This document shows, one piece after another, positions 38,901 to 52,148 of a stretch of DNA of 64,000 bases (position 1 is the stretch's first letter; each line of letters begins with the position of its first letter). Origin of the DNA: Octopus vulgaris (Eukaryota); contig OX597815.1 of NCBI GenBank assembly GCA_951406725.2, positions 137,826,001 to 137,890,000 on the forward strand. Reading direction: 5' to 3'. Below the pieces are notes generated by a model, which saw nothing but the letters and a program-made list of their open reading frames with translations, searched no databases and was not told the DNA's origin. The translations under genes were made by a program, and so were the position numbers.

Positions 38901-41900
38901 ACATTTTTGATAAGAATACAAAAAAAGCACTTATTTCTCACATATTTTATATTAAAGCAGAAATCACAAGAAAGTGGTCATACCATGGTTGAAAAGACAG
39001 CTACAGTTGAAAGATTTAACTAGTTTTCGGCTAGTTGGTCTTTCAAAACGAAAAAATAACACGATACCCCGTTCTATCATGGTGAGTCATTAATTCATCT
39101 TATTTTGAAAACTGTATTTCTTTAATTTGCATTTTCTCAGAACTTTACTCATGGTTTCTTAAACAAGGAATGATAAATGGTTAAGTGAGGTGAAATATCA
39201 TCTTCATTTTGCCTCCATTTTTCAGTGCTGACATGGGTTTGACAACAGCATCTTGCCACCTGTCTTGGACCCTCATTTCCTAATACACACAACAATAGAC
39301 AAAAACCTTCAATCTCTGTAGTGTATATCATGGGTTTGTACTTCCTATTGTCAACCACTTTATACCATCGCTTGAGTATATTTTATCATGCCATCAGCAC
39401 TGGAGAGATTGTCTGCCACAATTAAAGATAACCTTCTACCTAGTATCAAAGCTACTGCTCTCCTTGTCAGGCTCCCTTCAGTGTAGCTGGTAGTGTTTGT
39501 GCTTATCATTTATTTATTTTTATAGATTTTACAGTTGGATGCCTTTCTTATTACCAACTACTTTACAGAATTTGACTAAATGCATTTTGATGTTTGTATG
39601 ACACCTAACTTTTGCATCTGTCCAACATTAATACAATTGTAGTGTACGCTTAGGGAAATTCCTCTCTCCCTCTTATATATACATAAATACGAGCGTAGTA
39701 GATAACAACTAGCCTTCAGCCACCCTTTTCGACTCTGTTGTGTCCACTACTCTGATTGGTTGGTATAGGTGCAATTTGTCTCTTGCTCTATTGTGGGCCA
39801 AGATGCAACCCAACCAATCACAGCCTTCTGATAAGGTCACATGAGACAGTCTCTTCCAAACTTCCAGTGAGCCAATAGCACACTATGAAACTCTAGCGAC
39901 ACACCATCTTGATGTCTTTTGGTTCCAGGCCTTTTGAGGTCTAACCACTGACCACAGAGCACACAGCCAGTTCCAGCGACGACATAACAGCAGCCATATG
40001 GAGACTTATCAACACACTTCTAATAGCATATGACAATCTCTTTTTTCATCGCCTCCATTTTCTTAATGTCGTCAACAACATCGCTGTACATACACAGCAA
40101 CCAGCAACCCTCGCACAGGTTCTATCTCAACACTGTTTGTGAATTACTTCACCTTGGTTAGCAGCAAATACAACCTGCGAGAACTTCCTGTATCAAGTGA
40201 CTGGCAACAGCATAGTAGCCACAACTTCTTATGCAACATGTGCCTCAACCGGCTCTGCATTACTGCCACAACTTCTTGTTACAGCACTTCAACTACCGTG
40301 TACCGATACTACAAACTGGTATTTATCATCCTTGTATCTGAACATTCTTCTAACGTCATATTATAGACTCTTTCAATGCTCTGTACTTAATGCACACACA
40401 TACACTTTGTATACATGATGGCCTGTCTATTATTATGTATATATGACGCATACACACACATGTTAACATATAAAAACAATCTTCTCTTAAACATTCTACC
40501 CGGTTGTGTCTTTCTTGTCCTTCTGGCACTTATACTCATTTATCCTTTTCACATTTATTGTATCAACCGTGTGGTGTAGTAAAGGAGCCATTCGCGTCAC
40601 CTCTCCTCACACAGTCGTTTACACAATTACTGTCCAGTTAGTTAAAAAAGAACTGATTTAACTACGCAATGTATTATATATGATAAAGTCTTAAAATGAT
40701 CTTTGTAATAATTATTGCATATTTTCTGGGGTTTTTTTCTGTAGGTATATGATTCCATGTTATTTTATTCTGCATAATTTAACTCTGTTTACATCTTGAT
40801 TCAACCCCATGCACTATTTCATTCATTTGTTCAGGAGAGCCCCTCTCTATCTCTACCTTTTACATTTATTCATTACATTGTACACATAACTCAGTTTTAG
40901 ATTTGATAATCCTAGTAATATAACTACCACCTGAATTATACGGGCTGGTATAATTATTTTACTTGTGTCTCTGCATATAGTGTATTATCTACAAGGTGGT
41001 ATGGAAAGGTTCCTAAACTAGTTATGTTTAATAAAAAATAACTTTTATTACCTAATTTTCAACATCATCACCTTCAAAATAGTTGCCTTGCATAGCAATA
41101 CACCAGTCCCATTGTTCCTGTCACTTTTGGAATTTGACCTGGAAGTTATTTTCTATAAGTGAGTCGAGGAATTTCTGCAATTTGCTCTGGATCTCGACAA
41201 AGGGGTTAAAACAGCAATCTTTGAGCTGAATTTTCGTCTTGGAGAAGAGATGGAGGTTTACAGATATATCTTAAAATTGGATTCAAGTTTAGTTACCACA
41301 GAAAATCATAAGAAGAGCAAAACAGAACAAGGTGAAGTCTTTGTTAATAATATTATTTATTTAGAATATTTTGTGAGTGATCAGAATGAAAATAATACCC
41401 ACTGGAAATACAATTTTGGACCATATGAAGATTTGATGCTAATATAGGCGTAAAACTCAGTTTATACTACAATTACAGTGTGGAAGACACATATTAGACA
41501 TTCAGATCACACAAATAAACCCAGTACACTCTGAAAAGTGGTTGATGGTAAGAAGAGCAACCACCCATATCAAAATATGTCAAAAGTGGAAGATATGGAT
41601 GAAATTTAATGAGGGCAGTAACTTTATAAAAAAAGCAACTTGATCTGTAACAGTGCCAGCATGAAAAAGTGGGCATGAAATGATAATTAGGTCACAACCA
41701 AATTTACCTGCTATCTGGCTTGTTAATTTTGAGAATGCAATTAGTCACCAACAAAAAAAGCATGAGCAGGAAAAGGGTTTGGGATAACCCATAGATTTCC
41801 TACAGTTTACTAATACACTAATGTATCAATGCAAAAATGGATACCTTCAATTGTATGTTGCATATATATATATTATATATATATGCCCTTCCTAACGCCA

Positions 41901-42163
41901 ACGTTAGGAGTGGTTGGCGTTAGGAAGGGCATCCAGCTGTAGAAACTCTACCAGATCAAGACTGGAGCCTGGGGCAGCCATCTGGTTCGCCAGCCCACAG
42001 TCAAACCATCCAACCCATGCTAGCATGGAAAGTGGACATTAAACGACAATGATGATGATGATGATATATGACTTGGGTTCATGCAACTTAAAGTTTTTTT
42101 GAGTCAAATTCTTTAGAGTGTGATTCTTTCTGATATATGTTTTTTTAATTTAACTGACTCTCT

Positions 42164-42253
<90 letters not shown>

Positions 42254-42321
42254 GAAGAAAAATAAGATGGAGATTGTGAAGTTAATAAGAGTTTATTATG
42301 AAAAACAAATTGATTATTATC

Positions 42322-42379
<58 letters not shown>

Positions 42380-43129
42380 GATGTTTGTAATTTTCCCTTG
42401 TTAACAATTAACACAGAAAAAATAGATAAATATTTACCAGGGTAGCAAAATATAACACAAGTAAAAAGGTTGTGACTCCTTGTTTTTAAAGGTAGAAACT
42501 CCGGGTTTACATGAAATATTTTGTATAATATATATAAATAATTGAATGGAGTTAAATGCAGGTTGTATTCAAATTCTTCTACTTCCGACACATTTTGAAG
42601 ATATCACTGGTATTATTCCCTGAAGAGAAGATTACATTGTTTTACACCATTTTATTCATTTGGAATAATACCAGTGATATCTTCGAAACATGTTGGAAAT
42701 AAAAGAATTTGAATAACACCTGAGTTTAACACCATTCATTTATTTTTTTATATATAGGCGCAGGAGTGGCTGTGTGGTAAGTAGCTTGCTTACCAACCAC
42801 TGCATGGCACCTAGGGCAAGTGTCTTCTACTATAGCCTTGGGCCAAAGAAAGCCTTGCGAGTGGATTTGGTAGACGGAGGCTGAAAGAGGCCCGTCATAT
42901 ATATGTATACATATATGTATGTGTGTGTATATGTTTGTGTATCTGTGTTTGTCCCCCCAACATCGCTTGACAACCGATGGTGATGTATTTACGTCCCTGT
43001 AACTTAGCGGTTTGGCAAAAGACACCGATAGAATAAGTACTATTTTAACGAATAAGTCCTGGGGTTGATTTCCTCAACTAAATGTGGTGCTCCAGCATGG
43101 CCACAGTCAAATGACTGAAACAAGTAAAA

Positions 43130-43183
<54 letters not shown>

Positions 43184-46100
43184 ATGTATGTATATATATA
43201 TATATATATATATTGTGTTCAATTCCTTGAACCTACTTTGCAATAAACATTTATCATTATAAATAATATTTAGAAGAAAATGTGTTCTTTAATTCTTTCT
43301 AATTTGATATTTGCCATGATGAAAAACCCAATAGACTAGAGAAAGTAACAAGAAATTTATCAATTGATGGCATTTTAGTTTTTGAAAGAGATTTCTTATA
43401 TTCAGTTTGAATTTATGGTTATTCTTGAGTACTAGCATGGTTTTGCTGTTAAGAAGTTTGCTTCACAAGTATATGGTTTTAGGTTCAATCCTTCTGTGCA
43501 CTACATTGGACAAATGTCTTCTACTATAACATCTGGTTCAATAAAATCTTGTGAGTGAAATATAGTAGATAGAAACTGTATGGAAACCTGCCTCAGGAAA
43601 GATTCTTGTTCTTGGGTGGAAGACTTAATCTGTTGCCCAGTTTATTACTCCTTCTGTTTCCAGATGCCTTTGGCAGAATTCACTCAGTTGCTACCAGTTA
43701 CAGAGGCCTTGAAAAGAGTTTATGACCTCTGCCCTTCCTTAACTAACTAAAGAAAATAATGAGAGCAGAATTATTTTATGATTATTTTTGCTATGTATTT
43801 GTAACTACATTGTCAAAATATATGTTTTACTTATTTTCAGAACTATGTTAGTATTTTGGACTTAGAAAAACGTGTAGTATGTGCACCTATTTATGAGGTA
43901 ATGTCTCATTTTATTTACAATTTTATTTAATAATAATGAATTAATATTCACTAATTAACTTACATATATTTTGTTAATGTTTCATACTGGTATAATTAAT
44001 ATAAAACTGCAAATTGTTTCATTTGCATATCCTCTAAATTCAGATATTTTAAGACTGAATAGCTTCTTCATAAATCAAAGTAGAATTGAAACTGCAATAT
44101 ACTTTTTTATGGATGAAGAATTCAAATTATTTATTTCTTAATTGGACAGAGTGTCAGTTGTTCGGGGGGAAAAGAATAGTTGATTATATACACCCCAGTT
44201 CATCAAGTTTATTGATCCTAAAAGGATGAAAGGTAGAGTTGGCATTAACAGGTCTTGATGATGATGACACTTAAAGAAATTAAAACATTACTTACATCAT
44301 TAAGATGTCTTTGAAATGGTTATTGATGTAAACTTTGGTGAACTCAGTTGCATAATAAAAACAATTTTGCCCGATAGCTATTAACTTGGTATTGTAACTT
44401 AATCACTTTGAAAAATCAGTCAACTGTTCACCTCTTTATGTAGAAGATACTGTAACACAAAGCAATCAGAAGAGGTCTACTGTAAGTACCTGGGGATTAC
44501 ATTAACATGATATTCACTTTTAACAATCTATATATAATAGTTTCATAGTGTTTGCTTTGTAGATGTGTATTTCTGTATGTAATGTATATTTTAATATATT
44601 ATATTTTGATGACTGTTGTACAACTACCCTCTTTGTGTTTTATTAATTCTTTCATAAAAATCTTCTGCTTAACAAAGTCTGATTTTCCTAACATTATTTT
44701 CAAGGTAAAAATTGTATTATTGATTATTATCAGTGTTTCTCTTAAAAAATTTGATATTGAAAATATAAAAGTCTAGTTGATGTTCTATAAAATAATGTGT
44801 ATTTTATTTATACATTAAAATACAAAACCTTGATTTCACTTCCCACTAAACTTATCCCTTCCAGGATAGGCAGTTTCAGTTGGTTTGGTAAGAAAAGGGT
44901 TAAATAATGCAATACATTTTGTTGTTAACTCCAAGTGATCCCTAATCCAGCAGACCTATGATAAAATGTTCCAGTCTTGATCAACCAGTTTTTCTTTCAC
45001 ACCCTCAAAAAGTGGGTTGAATATTAAGATTTTTCAGTCTCATTGTGTGTTTCAGTTTACAATAAATTTCACAACCATTTGGTTTATTTACATCCTACAC
45101 AAAGCCACCTCTCTTAGTACCACCTTCTCTTCCAGCCTAGGGGTCTTTGTCTTACAAGTTACTTGGCAACTCTATTAGTGCTGATGCCACATAAAAAGCA
45201 CCCAGTACACTTTATAAAGTGGTTGGCATCAGGAAGGGCATCCTGCCATAAAAACCATGCCAAAGTAAACATTAGAGCTCAATGCAGTTCTCTGGCTTGC
45301 CAACTCCTGTCAAACTGTCCAACCCATGCCAGTATGGAAGATGAATGTTAAATGATGAAGATAGTATTTAGTTCTGAAGATGTGTTTGTGTTGCTCAACT
45401 CTTGATATCAACCAGCTGTCTTTACAGAGACAGGTTCTATGACATTATCAAAGTTTTATAATAGCCTGAAATCTTTTTCACAATCTTTAATTGATCAAGT
45501 GTAGATAAAGATATGAAAGTGCTTGGCTCAATGGTTAGTGTTGGGCTCACAATCATGAGGTAGTGAGTTTGATTCGCAGACCAGGCTGTGTGTTGTGTTT
45601 TTGAGCAAGACACTTTATTTCACATTGATCCAGTTCACTCAGCTGTAGAAATGAGTTGTGATATCATTGCTGCCAAACTGTATTCGCCTTTGCCTTTTTC
45701 TTGGACAACATCGGTGGTATGAAGAGGAGAGGCTGGTCTTACATAAATAACTGCTGGTCTTCCATAAATAACCTTTCCTGGACTTGTGCCTCAGAGGGGA
45801 ACTTTCTAGGTGCAACCCCATAGTCATTCATGATTGAAGCAAGTTTTTACCCTTTTACTTCAGAATGAGAGCTAAATGGCTACCTGGAAAACTACCATTG
45901 TGGCAGAGTAGGATATAGTCTAGTCTCCAGTATAGTTAATCAGGTTGTCCACGAAGGAGTCATAATCAATGATTGGTGTAGCAGCATTACGGTTAACTTC
46001 TACAAAGGCAAAAGTGATGCTTTAAACCCAAATAATTACAGAAGTATCAAATTGCTGGACCAGGTAATAAAAGTCACAGAAAGGGTCATAGCTCAATTAA

Positions 46101-48703
46101 TTAGGAACAGAGTTAGTGTAGATGAGATACATTTTGGATTTGTGCCAGGCAGGAGCACAACTGATGCTGTATTCCTGGTTATGTAACTTCAGGAGAAATA
46201 TTTAGCCAAAAATAAACCTCTGTACTTGGTTTTTGTCAACATGGAGAAAGCCTTTTACAGAGGACATGCGTAGGCTTGAAAGAAATGAAGCTAGTATGCT
46301 TCACTGGATGTGCGATGTCAGTGTGCATGTACCACAGAGTGTAAGCGTCTTGAGAGAAAAGTTGGACATAAGAGGCATCAGACGTGGTGTGCAAGTAGAC
46401 GACTGTGTTAGAACGGTCATGTAAGACATATAGATAACAGCTGTGTAAAGAAGTGCTGATCTCTAACTGTGGAGGGAACCTGTGTAAGGGGTAGACCTTG
46501 AAGTCATACGATGAGGTGGTGAAGAATGATCTTCAAACCTTGGGCCTCACAGAGGCAATGACAAATAACCAAGACCTTTGGCGATATGCCGTACTTGAGA
46601 AGACCTATCAAACCAAGGGAAATCATAGTCATGGCCAATACCAGTGTCACGTAACTGGTGGCACATAAAAAGCACTCATTATGCTCTTCGAGTGATTGGC
46701 ATTAGGAAGGACATCCTGCTGTAGAAGCTATGTTAAATCAGATTCAATTTCAGTCACACTGTCTAACCCATGCCAGCATGGAAAGCAGATGCTAAATGAT
46801 GATGATGATGATGATTCAAATATTTCCAGTAACATGACTGAGAGATAAAATGCTACATTTTTCTTATATTCTCTAGGGTAAAATAGTGAATTCTTTGCTA
46901 CGACAATTACAACTTTTCCAGAACAATCCTGCAGCTTATCTTGCCTACATACACAGGTACTGAATATTTTTCTGATTCTTTCTTTTTTCTAATTTTAATT
47001 TCCCTATCTACTCTGTGGAAACTAATGAGTTTAACATTAATGTGGAGAGGCAATAGTTTATACTCCACTCAACTAGTTTCTTTTTATTAGTTTTTATTCA
47101 TTTGTCTGGGTAGAAAGATAATATCTATGACCATACTAGCCTCACTGACAAAGTAGACTGATGTGGTTAATATTTTGTGTGAACATCTGTCAATCAATGT
47201 CTAAAAAAATTCTAAGCAGTGTTGGAATTCAGAGAGTTGCAAATTTGGGGAGGAATGATTGAGAAAAAGTTTTAATATTGGGTTTAAATGTATTTGACAT
47301 AGTAGGTGTGAGAAAAGAGCAAGGATGGGCTTCAATGGAGTGATATATATATATGTCCGACACTCGCATCCCAAAACAGCTCTTCTACGGTGAACTCGGC
47401 CAGGGCAGGCGCAAAGTTGGAGGGCAGAAAAAGCGCTACAAGGATAGTCTCAAGGTCTCTCTCAAAGACTTCTCCATCGGAACAGAGACCTGGGAGACAC
47501 TTGCTGCCAACCGCTCATCCTGGCGCAGCGCAATCACCGTGGGAGCAGGGACAGCCGAGGAGGGATGGATTCGGTCAGCGGAGCAGAAACGTCAGATGCG
47601 TAAAGTCAGAGCCGCCTGCACCAGTAGCATGGCCCCTACCCACTTCTGCCCCACCTGTGGGAGGGGCTTCCTTGCCCGGATTGGCCTCACCAGTCACCTC
47701 CGGTCTCATGGCGCCAGTTCCATCAGATGATGTCAGTTGGTCATCTTCGAACCGAAGGACGAACATTATATATATATATATAAATTGCTATTTAATTGGA
47801 ATAGAAACTGTTGTTGTAACCGATAGAAAAGTGAAACAGCCCATTTGAGCTGTAGTGCAGCACTACTTAAAGTGGTGGTCCATGGACCAATGCTGGTCTG
47901 TGAGCCATCAGCTGCTGGTATGCAGCGAGTTTCCAGAAAAGAAAGAAAGAAATATTATAAAATGCTTATGTGATATTGTATTATGTGTTTACAAAATAAA
48001 TATACGATGAAAAAATTGTCAACTTTTATTATATTCATTATATATATTGTTTCTGGTATAAATTAATATTACTAAGAAATATTACCAGTACCTAGTACAC
48101 TGGAAAAAAAATGCCAGTATGCCACATCAGATAGTTTGGGAAGCACCGCTCTAGTATGTTGGTAAATGTACCTTCCTCAGTTAACCAAGTGACCTTCTTT
48201 TAGGTGTTTTTCATAGATGTTTGTGTATGTAGCAGCAACACCATCCTAGATTTGTTACTTGAGTATCTCGTGTATTAAGAGTATTACCATTCAAGATGTG
48301 AGCAGTACTTCAAAATATATGTAACAGAAATACCAGCCAAGATCTATACTTTGGCTTTTGTGATTGTCAGTAGTTGATCAGGGCCAAAGTATTCTCTCAC
48401 CCTGAAATTATATCCCAGATTTAGCAATGATGTCCACCAAAAGATATCAACGGTTGGGAAGTTAAACATTTGCAATGACTTTGAGAATTTTAGTTGTGTG
48501 TTGCTTAATTAGAATATGTGAGGTGTCAGGCTATTTCCTTCATATATGTAATGAGTGTATCTTCCTCTTTGACAGAATCATTGTCTATTGTTCAAATAGA
48601 TTATTTTTGCCTTGATCCTGTTGGAAGACTTTGTGGTGGTGGGTGGGGATCTCTCTTGATGCAGCCTTGTGAATGGATTTTATAGATGGAAACTGAAAGA
48701 AAC

Positions 48704-48755
<52 letters not shown>

Positions 48756-48762
48756 ATGTATG

Positions 48763-48794
<32 letters not shown>

Positions 48795-49048
48795 TATATA
48801 TATACATACACCTATACATCTATATATGTGTGTGTGTCTGTGTTTGTTCCCTCACCATCACTTGACAACCAATGTTGGTGTGTTTACATCCCTGTAACTT
48901 ATTGGTTCAGCAAAAAGCGACCAATGGAATAAGTACTAGACTTACAAAGAATAAGTCCTGGTGACAATTTGTTTGACTAACAGTGGTGCTACAGCTGGCC
49001 ACAGTCACATGACTGAAACAAGTAAAACAATAAAAGAATACGTATATA

Positions 49049-49128
<80 letters not shown>

Positions 49129-52110
49129 GGGCGGAAACCCATGCCACCATCTCTTCAGTTATCTGGCGATCGGAAAAAATGCTATATCATCATCATCATA
49201 AGCGGACGTTAAACGATGATGATGATGATGATATAGCATTTTCCCAATGGCCAGATAACTGAAGAGATGCTGGCATGGGTTTCCGCCCCAACATCAGAGT
49301 TTTATCATTGTCACATATTACATTTACAGATAAATTCCTCTATTTACATAATATCGAGGTCTCTTTTATTCTTTTATTGTTTTACCATTTCTATCTATAA
49401 TATATATATATACATATATATAATATATATACTCTTACGTGGTGGTGCAATAATACACGGTAGACAAAGCCATCAGAGCAAAGAAACAGACCTGGAAAGC
49501 CTAGAAGGGTGGGGGTAGCAGGGAACTGTACTAGATAGCCAAAAGGGAGGCTGGGCAACAGGTATACATAGCCAAGAGTGAAGCAGAAAAGAAGAAGTTT
49601 GCCAATGTCCAGCAACATGAGGACCAAAGAACTGAAGTATTTCAGATCGCAAGGCAGTGTGTGAGAGAAAATTGTGATGTCACAGGAGAGAAATGTGTCC
49701 ACAAAATATCTGCGACCTCAAGGGGTACAATAAGGCACCTATTCACCTTCAATTAACATAAACTTTTTAATTTTAAAATAAAACTATATTTTTCTTAGGC
49801 TTAAATGATAGAAAATTGTATGAGGAATTCAGAGTCGTTAGTCGCATTGAACGAAAATTAGGAGAAGAAAAGTTATGGGTTGAAATGCTCCGAAATTCCG
49901 TGTCAGTAAGTAAGGAAGTAACACTTAGCAATAAGAATATTAAAGAATATATTGCTAAAATGAATGTTTACGTCCTAAGGTGGCAAGCTAGCAGAAACGT
50001 TAATGCACCAGGTGAAATGCTTAGTGGTATTTTGCCTGTGTTTACATTTCGAGTTCAAATTCCGCCACTGTTGACTTTGCTTTTTATCCATTTTGGATCT
50101 ATTCAATTTGACATACAGATTATTTAATCAATTTTTTTTAACTAAACACTTTGAAACTTCCGATACTGGTACAATGTGTCATATACAACAGGATTTACTC
50201 TTAACATTTTTGACAAAATTTTGTATTTTAGAAGTTATTTTGTCACAAGTTACAGAGGCACAGGAGTGGCTGTGTGGTATGTAACTTGCTTACGAATCAC
50301 ATGGTTCCGGGTTCAGTCCCACTGCGTGGCACCTTGAGCAAGTGTCTTCTACTATAGCCTCGGGCCAACCAAAGCCTTGTGATTGGATTTGGTAGAAAGA
50401 AGCCCATCATGTATGTGTGTGTTTGTGTGTCTGCATTTATCCTCCCACATCACTTGACAACCGATGGTGGTGTGTGTACATCACCGTAACTTAGCAGCTC
50501 GTCAAAAAGAGACCGATAGAATAAGTGCTAGGCTTCCAAAGAATAAGTCCTGGCGTCGATTTGCTCAACTAAAGGTGGTGCTCCAGCATGGCTGCAGTCA
50601 AATGACTGAAACAAGTAAAAGAGTGAGTGACAATGGACAAATTCATGTTTGATAAGTGTCAATACGCGAAACTCTCAGCTTTTGACTTACTCTCTAACTT
50701 CTGCCGATGATATATATGCATATTATGCATATATGTGTAAAAAAATCTTATCATGCAATCAAACCAATGAAAGAGCCTCTACCTGGTCGCTCGAAACGCT
50801 AAAAATAGCAGCCAATGTATCCCCCTACCCAATATTTTATAAGGTAAAATCCTAAATTATTAATTGACACATTATTAATTAAATTATAGCAGCAATGCTT
50901 GGAAAAATCATGGATTACATGGAAAAATGCAAGCAGGAAAAGTAATATTCTTAAGATTATAAACCTGGAAAAATTCAGGACAAGTTATTACACCTGTAAA
51001 AGTATAGGACAAACTATTACTTAAAGCAAAGAATAAGAAACTTTTTACTTAAAATATTGCAGCTAAAATTAAAATTTGAATATTAAAAAATATTTTATTA
51101 TAGTTAACAAATAACACTATACTTATTTAAGTAGAATTTGGCTGACTTACTACCTTAAAAAAGTGACAAATTAGACAAAATTACAAATTAGCTGAACAGT
51201 TTTGTACAATAAATTTAAAAGATGAGAACTGTAAAGAGTGATAAATTAGAAGAACTGGCATTCTTTGCTGCAATATTTTAAGTAAAAAGTTTCTTATTCT
51301 TTACCTTTCTTGAAGTAATAGTTTGTCCTATACTTTTGCAAGTGTAATAACTTGTCCTGTACTTTTTCCAGATTTATAATCTTAGAAATATTACTGTTCA
51401 TGCTCTTATTTTTCCATATAATACACACACACACATATGTATACATATATATAGGGAGAATTCACAAAAAGACAAATACAGGTGGTGTAGACAACAAACA
51501 AATGTATAAGTATAGCGCTCAGGAAGTGAAAAAGTCTTTAACATTTCGAGCCTACGCTCTTCCACAGAAAGAAACAGGGAGAGAAAATAAAGAATGTGTA
51601 GTAGCTAGTGATCTATCATGGCGAATGCCAGACAGAGGGATCACACAGGAGAGCTAGGAAGAAGGGGAGATAATAAAGTAGTGGTGATCCCAAAACAAAG
51701 GTGTGCGTGCATGTGGAAGAGGGTTGGTGACCTTGATGTGTGTGTATGTGTAGGTTTGTGGATGTGGGGCTGGGAAGTGGTCAGTGCTGGTGTGAAGTGA
51801 TGTGATGTGATGTAGTATGGTGGTGTGATGGTGTTGAGATGTGGGGGAGGTGAGAGTGGGAGTAGAGGTGGGGTATGTGGGAGTGGGTGTAAGGGATGTG
51901 GTGGTGTTGTGATGGGATGGATAGGGAAGGTGGGGGTTGGGTTACAAGGGAGGGGTGACGATGAAGGGAGAGGGGGAAGGGAGAAGGTGGGTAGGAGTGA
52001 AGAAAAGAAGTAGGAGTTGAAGCCAGAGAGGAGAGGTGGGTGGTTGGTTGGGAGGAAGTAGGTGTGAGAGGAATAGGGGAGGAGAGTTGAGTCCATGTGG
52101 TGCAAAGGAG

Positions 52111-52148
<38 letters not shown>

